NCBI RefSeq assembly: GCF_006345805.1
Contig: NC_043000.1
Location: 120,094,001-120,158,000, forward strand
Direction of reading: 5' to 3'
DNA from: Octopus sinensis
Lineage: Eukaryota
DNA length: 64,000 nucleotides
Shown: positions 53,091-64,000 of the stretch, in pieces
Layout: every line of letters starts with the position of its first letter
Position numbering within the stretch: the stretch's first letter is position 1
Position numbers and translations under genes: made by a program
Notes under the pieces: model-generated
Seen by the model: the letters and a program-made list of their open reading frames with translations, nothing else
What the model was told of the DNA's origin: nothing
The model's database searches: none

Positions 53091-53285
53091 AAAATTTCTA
53101 AGTCTCTCTAAAGGAGACTACGGCAGCGGTACTGGATATTGATAGTTATCGCCAAGCTAATATGGTAGTCCATAAATATAAGACTAAAGCTGCTGTTGAT
53201 TAGCTCCAAGAGGACATCGCCTCTAGCTAGCTATATGACACACGAACCTGGGTGTATAAATACATATATATATATAAATACATAT

Positions 53286-53336
<51 letters not shown>

Positions 53337-53397
53337 ATACATATATATATATATATGTGTGTGTTTCTGTGTATATATGTGTGTGCGTGTGTGTACA

Positions 53398-53795
53398 TGG
53401 CGGCAAGCTGGCAGAAACATTAGCATGCCGGGCGAAATGCTTAGCGGTATTTCGTATGCTGTTACATTCTGAGTTCAGATTCCGCCGAGGGCAACTTTGC
53501 CTTTCATCTTTTCGGGCTCGATTAAATAAGTACCAGTTACTCACTGGGGTTGATGTAATCGACTTAATCCGTTTGTCCTTGTTTGTCCTCTCTGTGTTTA
53601 AGCCCCTTGTGGGTCGTGAAGAAATAGGTATTTCATCTGCCGATGCATTCTGAGTTCAAATTCTGCTGAGGGCGACTTTGCCTTTCATCCTTTCGGGGTC
53701 GATAAATTAAGTACCAGTTATGCACTGGGGTCGATGTAATCGACTTAATCCTTTTGTCCGTCTGTGTTTAGCTCCCTGTGGGCAATAAAGCAACG
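53398..53795 (+). mobile_element. SINE family 2, partially tandem
   Basis: Full copy followed by a repeat of the body. Confidence 0.85.
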
Positions 53796-55297
53796 TGTGT
53801 GTGTATATATGTGTGTGTTTGTGTGTATACACACGTATATATACATATATCCAAATGTGTTCACACACATATATTAATGTTTGTTTTCATATTATAGTAA
53901 AAACAATGTTACATCAAGCTGAAGGATTGCTCAACACTATTGGTAGAGAACAATTTTATTATTCTGTAACGAGAGGTGTTGACAGTGACTTAAGAAGTTT
54001 CAGTCAGCTAAATCATCATTTGGCAGCCTTGTTAAAGAATAGTGTGTGTGTGAAAACTGGTGTGAGTTTGTTTATGTCCTTGTAACTTAGTGGTTCAGCA
54101 AAAGACATCAATAGAATAAGTTCCACACTTCAAATAAAAAGAAACAAAAAAAAAACTGTACTAGGGCCGATTCATTCAGTTAAATGCTTGAAGGTGGTGC
54201 TCCAGCATGGCCGCAGTTCAATGACTGAAACAAGAAAATGATAAACGATAAAATGTTGCCTTTTGACCATTGTAACTGGTCACTCCGATCTTCTGAAGTC
54301 CTGTGGAGTAAAACAATCCACGTACTTGTAAACCAGGTTAGGGTTAGCAACAGGAAGAGCATCTGACTGTACAATCTTGCTTCACATCCTTAGCCTTCCA
54401 ACCTCTGCTGGTTTGTCTTTGACTTGTTTCAATCATCAGACTGTGGCCCTGCTGGAGCACTCTGACTGTGCCATCTTGCTTCACATCCTTAGCCTTCCAG
54501 CCTCTGCTGGTTTGTCTTTTACTTGTTTCAGTCATTAGACTGCAGCCCTGCTGGAGCACTGCCTTCAAGGGTGTAGTTCAATAAATTGGTCCCTGTACTT
54601 ATTTTAAAGCTTGGTTTTTATTCTATTGATCACTTTTTGCCAGACTGCTAAGTTACAGGGATGTAAGCAAGACAGCTTGTTGTCAAGTGGTTGTAGAAGA
54701 CAAATCCAAAGATACTCGTGCACAAACACACACATGCATACACAGACACACAAACACACACATACACACACACACTTGTGATGGGCTTCTTTCAGTTTCT
54801 GTCAACCGATTCAGCTCATGAGGCTTTGGTCAACTCTGAGATATAGAAAAAAAAACATTTGTCTAAGGTGCTGTGCGATGAGATTGAACCCAAGACCACA
54901 TGGTCAGGAAGCAAGCTTCTTAACCACACAGCCACGCAGGTGCCTATATATACATTAGATAAATAAACAATTCCGGAAGAATGACATAATGTTGCTCTTT
55001 GATTATTATATCAGGACTTTGCATTGTACACTGGGATGTCAGTCAAAATTGATGGCAACTCTTTACTTTTGCTATGCATGTCTTAAATGGCAACTAATTT
55101 GACATTGCTTAGAATTCTTCAAATGTCAGTCTGAAGCCAATGGCTTCTTGGTTACTTCGGGATTATATCTTTCTTAACTTTAAACTCTGTGATCCCTTGA
55201 GTCACTGCACTATTAAAATATTGGAAAAATATTCAGATTTAAATTTATTACTTGGAGGTAATAATAGTAATAATAATAATAATGATTCTTTTATTCT

Positions 55298-55695
55298 TTT
55301 ACTTGTTCCAGTCATTTGACTGCAGCCATGCTGGAGCACTACCTTTAGTCGAGCAAATCAACCCCAGGTCTTATTCTTTGTAAGCCTAGTACTTATTCTA
55401 TCGGTCTCTTTAGCCAAACTGCTAAGTTACGGGGACATAAACACACCAGCATCAGTTGTCAAGCGATGTTATGGCGACAAGCACAGACACACACACATAC
55501 ACACACACACACACATATATACATACATACAACAGGCTTCTTTCAGTTTCCATCTACCAAATCCACTCACAAGGCTTTGGTTGGCTCAAGGCTATAGTAG
55601 AAGACACTTGCCCAAGGTGCCATGCAGTGGGATTGAACCCAGAATCATGTGGTTGGTAAGCAAGCTACTTACCACACAGCCACTCCTACGCCTAT
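55298..55695 (-). mobile_element. SINE family 1, full length
   Basis: Reverse complement of 11814-12219. Confidence 0.9.
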
Positions 55696-55933
55696 GATAA
55701 TAATAATGATAATAATACTAACAGCAACAATAATAATGCTTGTAAACAATGTGAACTACAAATAATCAAACATCGAAATAAAGTGAAATAAAAGAATGTA
55801 TGTTTGTATACAAAAGAGATGACCCTTAACAGGCAGCCTTACGTGCTAGCAGGAGCAGTCAAAACATCTAAAACCACATTTAAAAGCGATTTCAAAGGGA
55901 ATGAAAAATAAAAACTTTTACCTTGGTTTTTAC

Positions 55934-56004
55934 AGCCATACCCAGGTTTCGAACTCTAATTAGCAAATGAAATAATTTGCTCGGCAAAGTTCTCATCAGT
56001 GGTT
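55934..56004 (-). ncRNA. type I hammerhead ribozyme, family G, fully canonical core
   Basis: AACCA CUGAUGA GAACU..AGCAAAU/AUUUGCU..AGUUC GAAA CCUGGG UA UGGCU. Confidence 0.8.
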
Positions 56005-56254
56005 ACGCCAAAACACTGTCATATAATTTAGAGACAGAATAACACGTGTTTCATCATTATATATTATAATTTTTCAAATTCACCATGCAAGCATGGTTTC
56101 AATCAGCAGCAAATGTTTAAATATACATTAATTTTATATAGAAAGTATATTCTTTATTGGCCTTTTATACATGCTAGGCCACTGGTAGTGAAATTTCTAT
56201 AATTCTGTTATCCTATATTAATTTATATATATATATTGACTGACACCTTTGGAA

Positions 56255-56565
56255 ATTCCGACGAGGTTGACTTTACCTTTTATCCTTTCGGGGTTGATTA
56301 AATAAGGACCAGTTATGCACTGGGGTTGATATAAGCGACTTAATTCGTTTGTCTGTCCTTGTTTATCCTCTCTCTGTTTAGCCCCTTGTGGGTATTAAAG
56401 AAATAGGTATTTCGTCTGCTGTTACGTTCTGAGTTCAAATTCCGCCGAGGTCGACTTTGCCTTTCATCCTTGTGGGGTCATTAAATTAAGTACCAGTTGC
56501 GTACTGGGATCGGTCTAATTGGGTGGCCCCCTCCCCCAAAATTTTGGGCCTTGTGCCTAGAGTAG
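56255..56565 (+). mobile_element. SINE family 2, partially tandem
   Basis: Match to the other copies. Confidence 0.8.
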
Positions 56566-56769
56566 AACTGAACATATGTATATATGTACATATATAGATA
56601 GAGAAGGACTTGCGGTTCTTCTATCCAGCTCTTCTATAAAACCAGTGAACAATTTCTGAGCTGCTGCAGACAACACTAACCTGTGTCTATCTCACTTTCC
56701 ACCTGATCTCTCTCTCTGTCTCTCTCTCCTCATCTACCTCTCCTACTTACTTCCTCCTTTTCTCCCCAC

Positions 56770-56804
<35 letters not shown>

Positions 56805-57699
56805 TCTGCCTTCCTGTTTACTTTGTCTGGTTGACATCAATTGATATTCCACAGAATAACATGCCATTCATCATCTGCATAAGATTGTTGTTCGTCTTCT
56901 TCCACTTCATCCCCCCTCCCCCGTAGCTGCTGCGGCTGCTGCTGCTGCTGCTGATGCTGCTGGGGAACTTTCTTCTCTGCAAAATATCCAGTGTCTATTC
57001 TGCTATAAATTAAGACTTGTTTTCATTGTTGTCTGCACACAAAAGGAAACTGTGGCTGAACAGGTGTTTTACACACGCACACAAACACACACACACACAC
57101 ATTGTCGCATGCGCGCACACACACACACACATTGTCGCACGCACACACACAAACACACAAACACATACGCTTACTCAAGTGCACGTGCAGGGGTGCACAT
57201 ACTCTCAGGTGTACATATAGATACATACATCGTGTGTGTGTGTACATGTATACACAAACAGACCCAGACACACGCATATACATACACGCATACACATACA
57301 CGGTTGCACACACACACACACACATATGCATACTCAAGTGCACGTGCATGGGTGCACGTGCATGGGTGCACATACTCTCAGGTGTACATATAGATACACA
57401 CATCGTGTGTGTGTGTGTGTGTGTGTACACATGTACACACAAACAGGCACACACATACACACACACACCACACACACTGTGAATGACGAAACAAATCGAA
57501 AGAAAAAGAAAGATTCATTTTACAAATTTAGTCAGAGTTATAATTAGTGTGGAGAAAATTTGAACTGTTTCATAAATATGTATATATTATATTAATATAT
57601 TTATATATATATATATTATATAAATGTATTTAATATGTATATTATATGTACATATGTATGTGTGTATATATATATATGTATATATTACATACATACTCT

Positions 57700-57972
57700 G
57701 TTTTTGGATTCGGTTTGCAAGATTCTTCAGATGAGTTCATGTGTTGAAGCATATTCTGTTGTGTCTGGGGAGAGTCATTTTCTTTTTGTGCCTTATAATT
57801 TAACACACTCATCGGTAAAATTTCCACTTTTTTTCTTATTTTTATTTTCCTAAAATTTTCATTGCATCTTGCAACCTTTTCAATAGTTTTGACGCTTGGA
57901 AATTTTACCGGCAAGTGTGTTGAATTATAAGGCACGAAAAGAAAATTACTCTCCCCAGACACAACAGAATAT
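57700..57972. mobile_element. family E repeat with inverted arms of about 75 bp and a hammerhead-like motif
   Basis: 57752-57826 is the reverse complement of 57896-57972; motif at 57850-57885 (-). Confidence 0.65.
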
Positions 57973-58542
57973 TACATACATACATTTATATTACATATAT
58001 ATATATATATATATACTGTATAAACATTAATGTGATGCACTCAATACATGCAGTAGAGTTTATTTGTTCAGTGAAACTCCAGTTTTGATTTATATTAGTA
58101 TTTTTTTTTCTTTTTCCAAAAATTGCCAGGTAGTCTTCTACCTAGCCAGCCTCTGTCAAAACGTCCAACCCATGCCAGCGTGAAAAGTGGGTATTACATG
58201 ATGATGATTATGATGATTATGATGTCTACAAAGGATGATTATCAATGTTTTATCATCTTTCACTTGTTTCAGTCATTGGACTGTGGCCATACTGGAGCAC
58301 TACTTTGAAGTGTTTGCTGAAGTCAATTGACCCCAGCACAAATTTTTAATGCAGGTGCTTATTCTATCAGTCTCTTCTGCTGAGTTATGGTTGACAACCA
58401 AGGCCAATTGTCAAGCAGTGGTGGGCGACCTAGACAACCCAAACACGGAAACAAAAACACACATGCATGATGGGCTTCTACTCAGTTTCCTTCTACCAGA
58501 TTCATTCACAAGGTATTGGTCAGCCCATGGTTATAGTAGAGC

Positions 58543-58756
58543 TTAACCCTTTCACTACTCTATTTATTTTGAGATGCTCTGTGTTTCAGTTACTTTCAAT
58601 ATAACAAAGAATTTAGTAAAATAACTTAGTTATCATTCAGCTAGTGTTAGGGACATAAACTGTGACTAAGGTTTGGTGGAAGATTTTAATTTAAAACTTA
58701 TGAAAATAAGATATTTGAACTCAGATCCTGAGCCAGTTTGGTAACGAAAGGGTTAA
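58543..58756. mobile_element. piggyBac-type MITE
   Basis: TTAA|CCCTTTC ... GAAAGGG|TTAA. Confidence 0.8.
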
Positions 58757-59124
58757 GATGCTGTACAGTGAGATTGAACTCAAAATTGACTGATTGCACA
58801 ACAAGCTCCTTAACCACACAACCATGTAGTTAAGAAATAAAGTGTAAACAGAGGCAAACTCTTAGCAAAACAAGAGCCATGGTTAATATGTATGTATCAT
58901 CAATTCAAATGCTGCAAGGGTTGACATTGCCCTTCATCCTTTCAGGGTTGATAAGATAAGTACCAGTTAAACACTAGGGTCGATGAAACTGACCTATTAC
59001 CTCCCCCGAATTTACAGGCCTTGTGCCAGAATTTGGAATCAATATTTATCCTCTTTATTTAGTTTGTATTTTAATACAGGCACCTCAACATTGTTGCTAC
59101 CTCACATTAGGTGATTTTGTGCTT

Positions 59125-59300
59125 AGGAAGGGCATCCTGGTGTTAGAAAGGGCGTTCTGGCGTTAAGAAGGGCATCAAGCAGTAGAAACACTGCCAGATC
59201 AGACTGGAGCCTGGTGCAGCCTTCTGGCTTCCCAGACCCTGGTCGAACCATCCAACCCATGCTAGCATGGAAAACGGACATTAAACGATGATGATGATGA
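59125..59300 (+). mobile_element. RTE-type tail fragment with a stuttered 5' end
   Basis: AGGAAGGGCATC-like motif three times, then the standard tail. Confidence 0.75.
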
Positions 59301-59524
59301 TGGAAATAGGAAACGTATGACCTTTATTTCCTGGATACTGTCTGTAATTTCATTCTTACAGAGACATGTATTGCGTAGTTTTAAATTGTTGACAATTTAA
59401 AACTAGACTTGCTTCTTAGCTCAGTGGTAACTTGCGTTTTAGTTAAGATCAAAGTATATAGTTAATGATTTGTGAAGATATCACGTAACACGCATACACA
59501 CATGTATATATTATGTACATAATG

Positions 59525-59540
59525 TAAGTGTGTATATATA

Positions 59541-59601
<61 letters not shown>

Positions 59602-59801
59602 GTATGTATGTGTATGTATATGTATGTATGTATGTATGTGTATATATATATATGTATGTGTATATATATATATGTATGTGTATATATCTGTATGTATATA
59701 TATATGTATGTGTATATATATGTATGTATGTATATATGTATATATATATATGTATGTATATGTATATGTATATATGTATGTATGTATGTATGTATATATG
59801 T

Positions 59802-59833
<32 letters not shown>

Positions 59834-59880
59834 TTATGTATGTATATGTATGTATATATATATATCTGTGTGTGTGTGTT
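59525..59880. repeat. (TATG)n/(TA)n microsatellite
   Basis: Seen directly. Confidence 0.95.
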
Positions 59881-60250
59881 TTTATCATCAACATGAACAA
59901 ATCTACCAACAGCAGCCGTGATATAAAGTATGAAGTAGACAAGCAAATCCATTTCAAAGAAAAGCATATCATGTGGTATTCTCGTGTATTTTAAAAGTTG
60001 AATGAAATGTCTTTGATCTTAGGCCTGTGAGGATTGACTCGAGACGAAACACCCACAACAATACAATCTGCAAGAACAATACAACCACCACACAACCAGC
60101 AATACCTGCCCATGCCCAGCATCACTAGCGTCTAAGCCAGTGTAATTGCATCACTATTACTATCAATCCAACCGGTCACTACAGATATCAGCATGTTCTC
60201 CAGTACTGCGTGTATCGATGTTTGTGTGTGTGTGTATGTCTATTTATGTC

Positions 60251-60478
60251 TTCACCCTTTTGTTACTCTATTTATTTTGAGATGCTCTGTGTTTCTTCCA
60301 ATTACTTTCAATATAACAAAGAATTTAGTAAAATAACTTAGTTATCATTAATCTAGTGTTAGGAACATAAATTGTGATTAAGGTTTGGTGGAAGATTTTA
60401 ATTCAAAACTTATGTAAACAAGACATTTGTACTCAGAGTCAGAGCCGGTTTCAGCCGAGTTGGTAATGAAAGGGTTAA
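60251..60478. mobile_element. piggyBac-type MITE, second copy
   Basis: Homologous to 58543-58756; left site TTCA, right site TTAA. Confidence 0.75.
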
Positions 60479-60664
60479 GTCAGAAGTGCAAGAGAGGTGT
60501 TGCCTATAAAATCTGGTGACCCTTCAGTGAACTGTAATTGTATTGTACTTATAGTACTTTCTCTTCCTCAGCCCTTCACCTTTTCATTTCAGCTTCACTA
60601 TTGCATCAGAAGGAATAAGGCAATTTTCTACTCTCACAAAGCAGATCTTTCCCTGAATAATTGG

Positions 60665-60705
<41 letters not shown>

Positions 60706-60709
<4 letters not shown>

Positions 60710-61268
60710 GGAGTAAACACATAAATGTGAAACAAGGTGGAAAAAAGAGTACTCAAATACCAGTGGTAGAGTAATATGCTTTATTTTAAGCAGCAGAAAA
60801 TTCAACAAAATCTGTTACTCTGAGTTTCTCATTGCCGTTCATCAGACAGTTTTTGCTAGAATGGAACCGATATATCAATTCAATCTAGACTCTTACAAAC
60901 GCTACGCCTTTAAAAAAAAAAAAATGGACTTGTTTGATTGGCCCTTTAGAAAAAAACGGTCAATCTTCGAGCGATAAACAAAAGGTCAAAAATATATGTA
61001 TATACATATAAAAACTTATAAAAATTATAAGTTTTTATATATATATATACATATATTTTTGACCTTTTGTTTATCGCTCGAAGATTGACCGTTTTTTTCT
61101 AAAGGGCCAATCAAACAAGTCCATTTCTTTTTTTTTAAAGGTGTAGCGTTTGTAAGAGTCTAGATTGAATTGATATATCGGTTCCATTCTAGCAAAACTG
61201 TCTGATGAACGGCAACGAGAAACTCAGAGTAACAGATTTTGTTGAATTTTCTGCTGCTTAAAATAAAG
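60706..61268. mobile_element. family A Penelope-like terminal repeat forming a 490-bp palindrome with two hammerheads
   Basis: Arms 60779-61020 and 61026-61268; hammerheads at 60806-60855 (-) and 61193-61241 (+). Confidence 0.8.
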
Positions 61269-61306
<38 letters not shown>

Positions 61307-61737
61307 GAATTATTAATTGCTGCTACTATTGAATTTGCCTTTAGTTCATGATGTCTGGAAAGAAGCTATCAAATAGACACGAAAGCATGTCACCTCTGAT
61401 ATAAGAGAAAGTGACTAAAACATTCCCTGATGCTGCAAATAGCTGCCTGTCTGAATAAAATTCTGCAATATGCAAATAAGGGAATATTAACATAAAACAA
61501 CCATTTGTATATCATACTTTATTTATATATATATATATATATACTGTTGATAGGTTTTTAGCTCCTGCAGTATTTGTTCTAAGATAACATCTGTTATGGA
61601 CTTGCTGTGTTAAAGACACAATAAATATCACAAAAATGAAAATTCATTCCAGTAGTGGCCAGCCATGACAAATACGCACACAAATAGCATAACACATACT
61701 GAAACATGCCCACACACACACACATGTGTGTGTATAC

Positions 61738-61774
<37 letters not shown>

Positions 61775-61775
<1 letters not shown>

Positions 61776-62037
61776 TGGTGCAGTGGACTTGCGGTCGGAA
61801 GATCGTGGTTTCGATTCCCAGACCGGGCATTGTGTGTGTTTATTGAGTGAAAACACCTAAAGCTCCACGAGGCTCCAGCAGGGGGTCGTGGCGACCCCTG
61901 TTGTACTCTTTTGCCCCAACTTTCTCTCATTCTTTCTTCCTGTTTCTTGAGCAACGTCTAGCTGGGGGGAACACATACACCACAAAAACTGGGAAACCGG
62001 ACCCATGAGCCTGGCTAGGCTTGAAAATGGCGCATAA
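61775..62037 (+). mobile_element. SINE family 3
   Basis: tRNA-like head GGTTTCGATTCCC; tail shared with 12811-13060. Confidence 0.75.
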
Positions 62038-62067
62038 AAAAAAAAAAAATATATATATATATATATA

Positions 62068-62430
62068 TAGGCAAGGAAAAATTATGAGAAGGCAGAATGC
62101 TAAATTGAAGGTAAATTTTAATGAAAATGGGTGTATGGAAAATTTAAAAAAAAAATTTTTTTTTAAATATTAACTCTAACCGGTTTATGTCGCAATGTGA
62201 CTTTTCAAGAATTGTAAGGTGAAAAGAAAATTTTTTTATAATTTTAAATTTTATAATTTTAATTTTAAAAATTATAAAAAAATTTTCTTTTCACCTTACA
62301 ATTCTTGAAAAGTCGCACTGCGACGAAAACCAGCTTGAGTTAATATTTAAAAAAAAAATTTCTTTTAAATTTTCCATACACCCATTTTCATTAAAATTTA
62401 CTTGCCTTTTTATAATTTTTCCTTGCCTAT
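62068..62430. mobile_element. family F fold-back element with two variant hammerheads
   Basis: Near-perfect palindrome centred near 62258; motifs at 62172-62213 (-) and 62300-62341 (+). Confidence 0.7.
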
Positions 62431-62471
62431 CATTTCTCCACGTGCGGTCAACACAACCCCACCATTTATTG

Positions 62472-62534
<63 letters not shown>

Positions 62535-63608
62535 CGCATACATATATATATCTATACACACACACACATAGTGTAGAAGGAAAGAGATACACCCACAGGT
62601 ATATGCTTACTGTTTCTTTATCTAAATATTTATTGTCTTTCTGTATGCCTAAATACCCACCTGTTTGATGGATAGATAGTATGAAGCTAGTATTCACCCT
62701 TAATTAAAACGTGTACGGAGAGTCGTTTAGAGATTTCACAGATGGGAACATAATAAAATTAATTAGTGCTTCTTATTAGTCTCTACTATGTAGCGTTATC
62801 TACGTTTTCATGCTTGTTGTTATTGTTTTTGTAGGGACGTGTACGGGTTTTTGCGTTAATATGTTTCACTTAGACTAGAACAAATGAATGTCCACAACTA
62901 ATTCCCTTGGCAGCTGCCAATCACAAATTCTAGAAAGCTTTAATCTACTTTGGTTGTAACACATCAGCTAAATATTGTTAAATCAATAAGGAAAGCAACA
63001 CTCTAACCCTTTTGAAGATTGCCCAAGTGGATGTTGGTAAATATTTACTCAAGAAATTGCATGTCATGTTGGTATGGTAAATCAGTCTTTGGCCGTATTA
63101 CTTTGAGTCTCTGTTTATGTGTTGTAAGCCCGTTATAAATGAACAAGGACAAGGTCCGGAACTTTCCTGATCCTTCCAATTCTACAGGACAAAAGGATAT
63201 GATGGGGATTTTTCCATTACCTTCAATTAATGTAAATCATGGCTAGGTGTGATCCTTACCGAACTCGTCATTCGTAATCTCTCTTTATGTAAATCCACCC
63301 CAGCACATGTGAATGTGTGAAATGCTATCCTTACAAAAGTTCAAGAGGAACATAATGGCATTACTCTCACCAGTTCCAGAAGGACCACAAAGGCCACAGG
63401 CAATGCCCCTTCCGCCCGATTTTGGAGTAAAATATAATAATATGCCCCAAAAGATAAATGCACTTATACAGGGTGTTCAAAAAGTCTCTCCGCAGCCAGT
63501 ATTTTATTCCAAAATAAATATTTTATAAGATGATATAAGACTACAAAAGAATATATTAGACTTTACAAGACTTCACAATTCTATATTTAAGGGATGAGGA
63601 ATTATGTG

Positions 63609-63952
63609 CATTATTTACATTTGACCCAGGTTCAAAATTTCCCTGAGACACCTGATGAAGGCTGGAGGGTATATCAGCCGAAATGTTGTGTTATCAACAA
63701 GATGAGGACAGAGTGGTTGTATACTGTCAACATAACGTGACAGTCCCGTAAAGGAATTACACCACCGCTGTTTAGCCCTAGGAAGCATCGATTCTTCCTG
63801 TCGGCTTTGACACATTTCCTGTGTCCTTATATTTGCGAAGGGGAGGCAAGCACTCTATCGCTCCACCATTGCTCATGTCTCTTTGAGACATTTAAAAATT
63901 TAATATTTCTAATCAAGATGAGGACAAATATCCGCCAAATGTAAATAATGTT
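63609..63952 (+). mobile_element. family B Penelope-like terminal repeat with a hammerhead at 63646-63692
   Basis: GACAC CUGAUGA A GGCUG..CAGCC GAAA UG UU GUGUU; inverted termini ATTATTTACATTTG / CAAATGTAAATAAT; CAAGATGAGGACA occurs twice. Confidence 0.7.
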
Positions 63953-64000
63953 TACAAGACTTGAGGTGTTGAAAGTGTCATCCTTCATTTTCATTATGTA

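Noticed and set aside
53085-53135. AGTCTC/GAGACT hairpin next to GAAA
   Set aside because: The core would be CUGCCGU with extra bases before GAAA; too divergent to call.
1189-59994. Dozens of long ORFs rich in IY, VC, HT, poly-I, poly-L, poly-N or poly-D
   Set aside because: They are translations of di- and trinucleotide microsatellites, open in several frames and on both strands.
63364-63386. GPSGTGES resembling a Walker A motif
   Set aside because: It lacks the catalytic lysine, the frame is short, and no other ATPase motifs are present.

Overview
This is AT-rich eukaryotic non-coding DNA. It is most likely from a coleoid cephalopod (Octopus-like), an inference from the SINE families and the extreme microsatellite load; no database search was run. 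No host protein-coding gene can be firmly supported, and nearly all listed ORFs are microsatellite or repeat artefacts. The window is a mosaic of tRNA-derived SINEs, RTE and R4/Dong LINE fragments, a full-length but frameshifted Tc1-like element with D36E spacing, an internally deleted mariner filled with locally templated DNA, Helitron and Helentron-type elements, piggyBac- and mariner-type MITEs, one full-length 5S rRNA copy, and many simple and tandem repeats. The most notable signal is RNA-structural. At least seven unrelated short repeat families each carry a minimal type I hammerhead-ribozyme fold with a family-specific palindromic stem III. Several sit in long fold-back palindromes, two families have a U3-A8 core and one has an A6U core. 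A 60-bp tandem array may be a chain of such ribozymes. All folds were made by eye and no activity is demonstrated.
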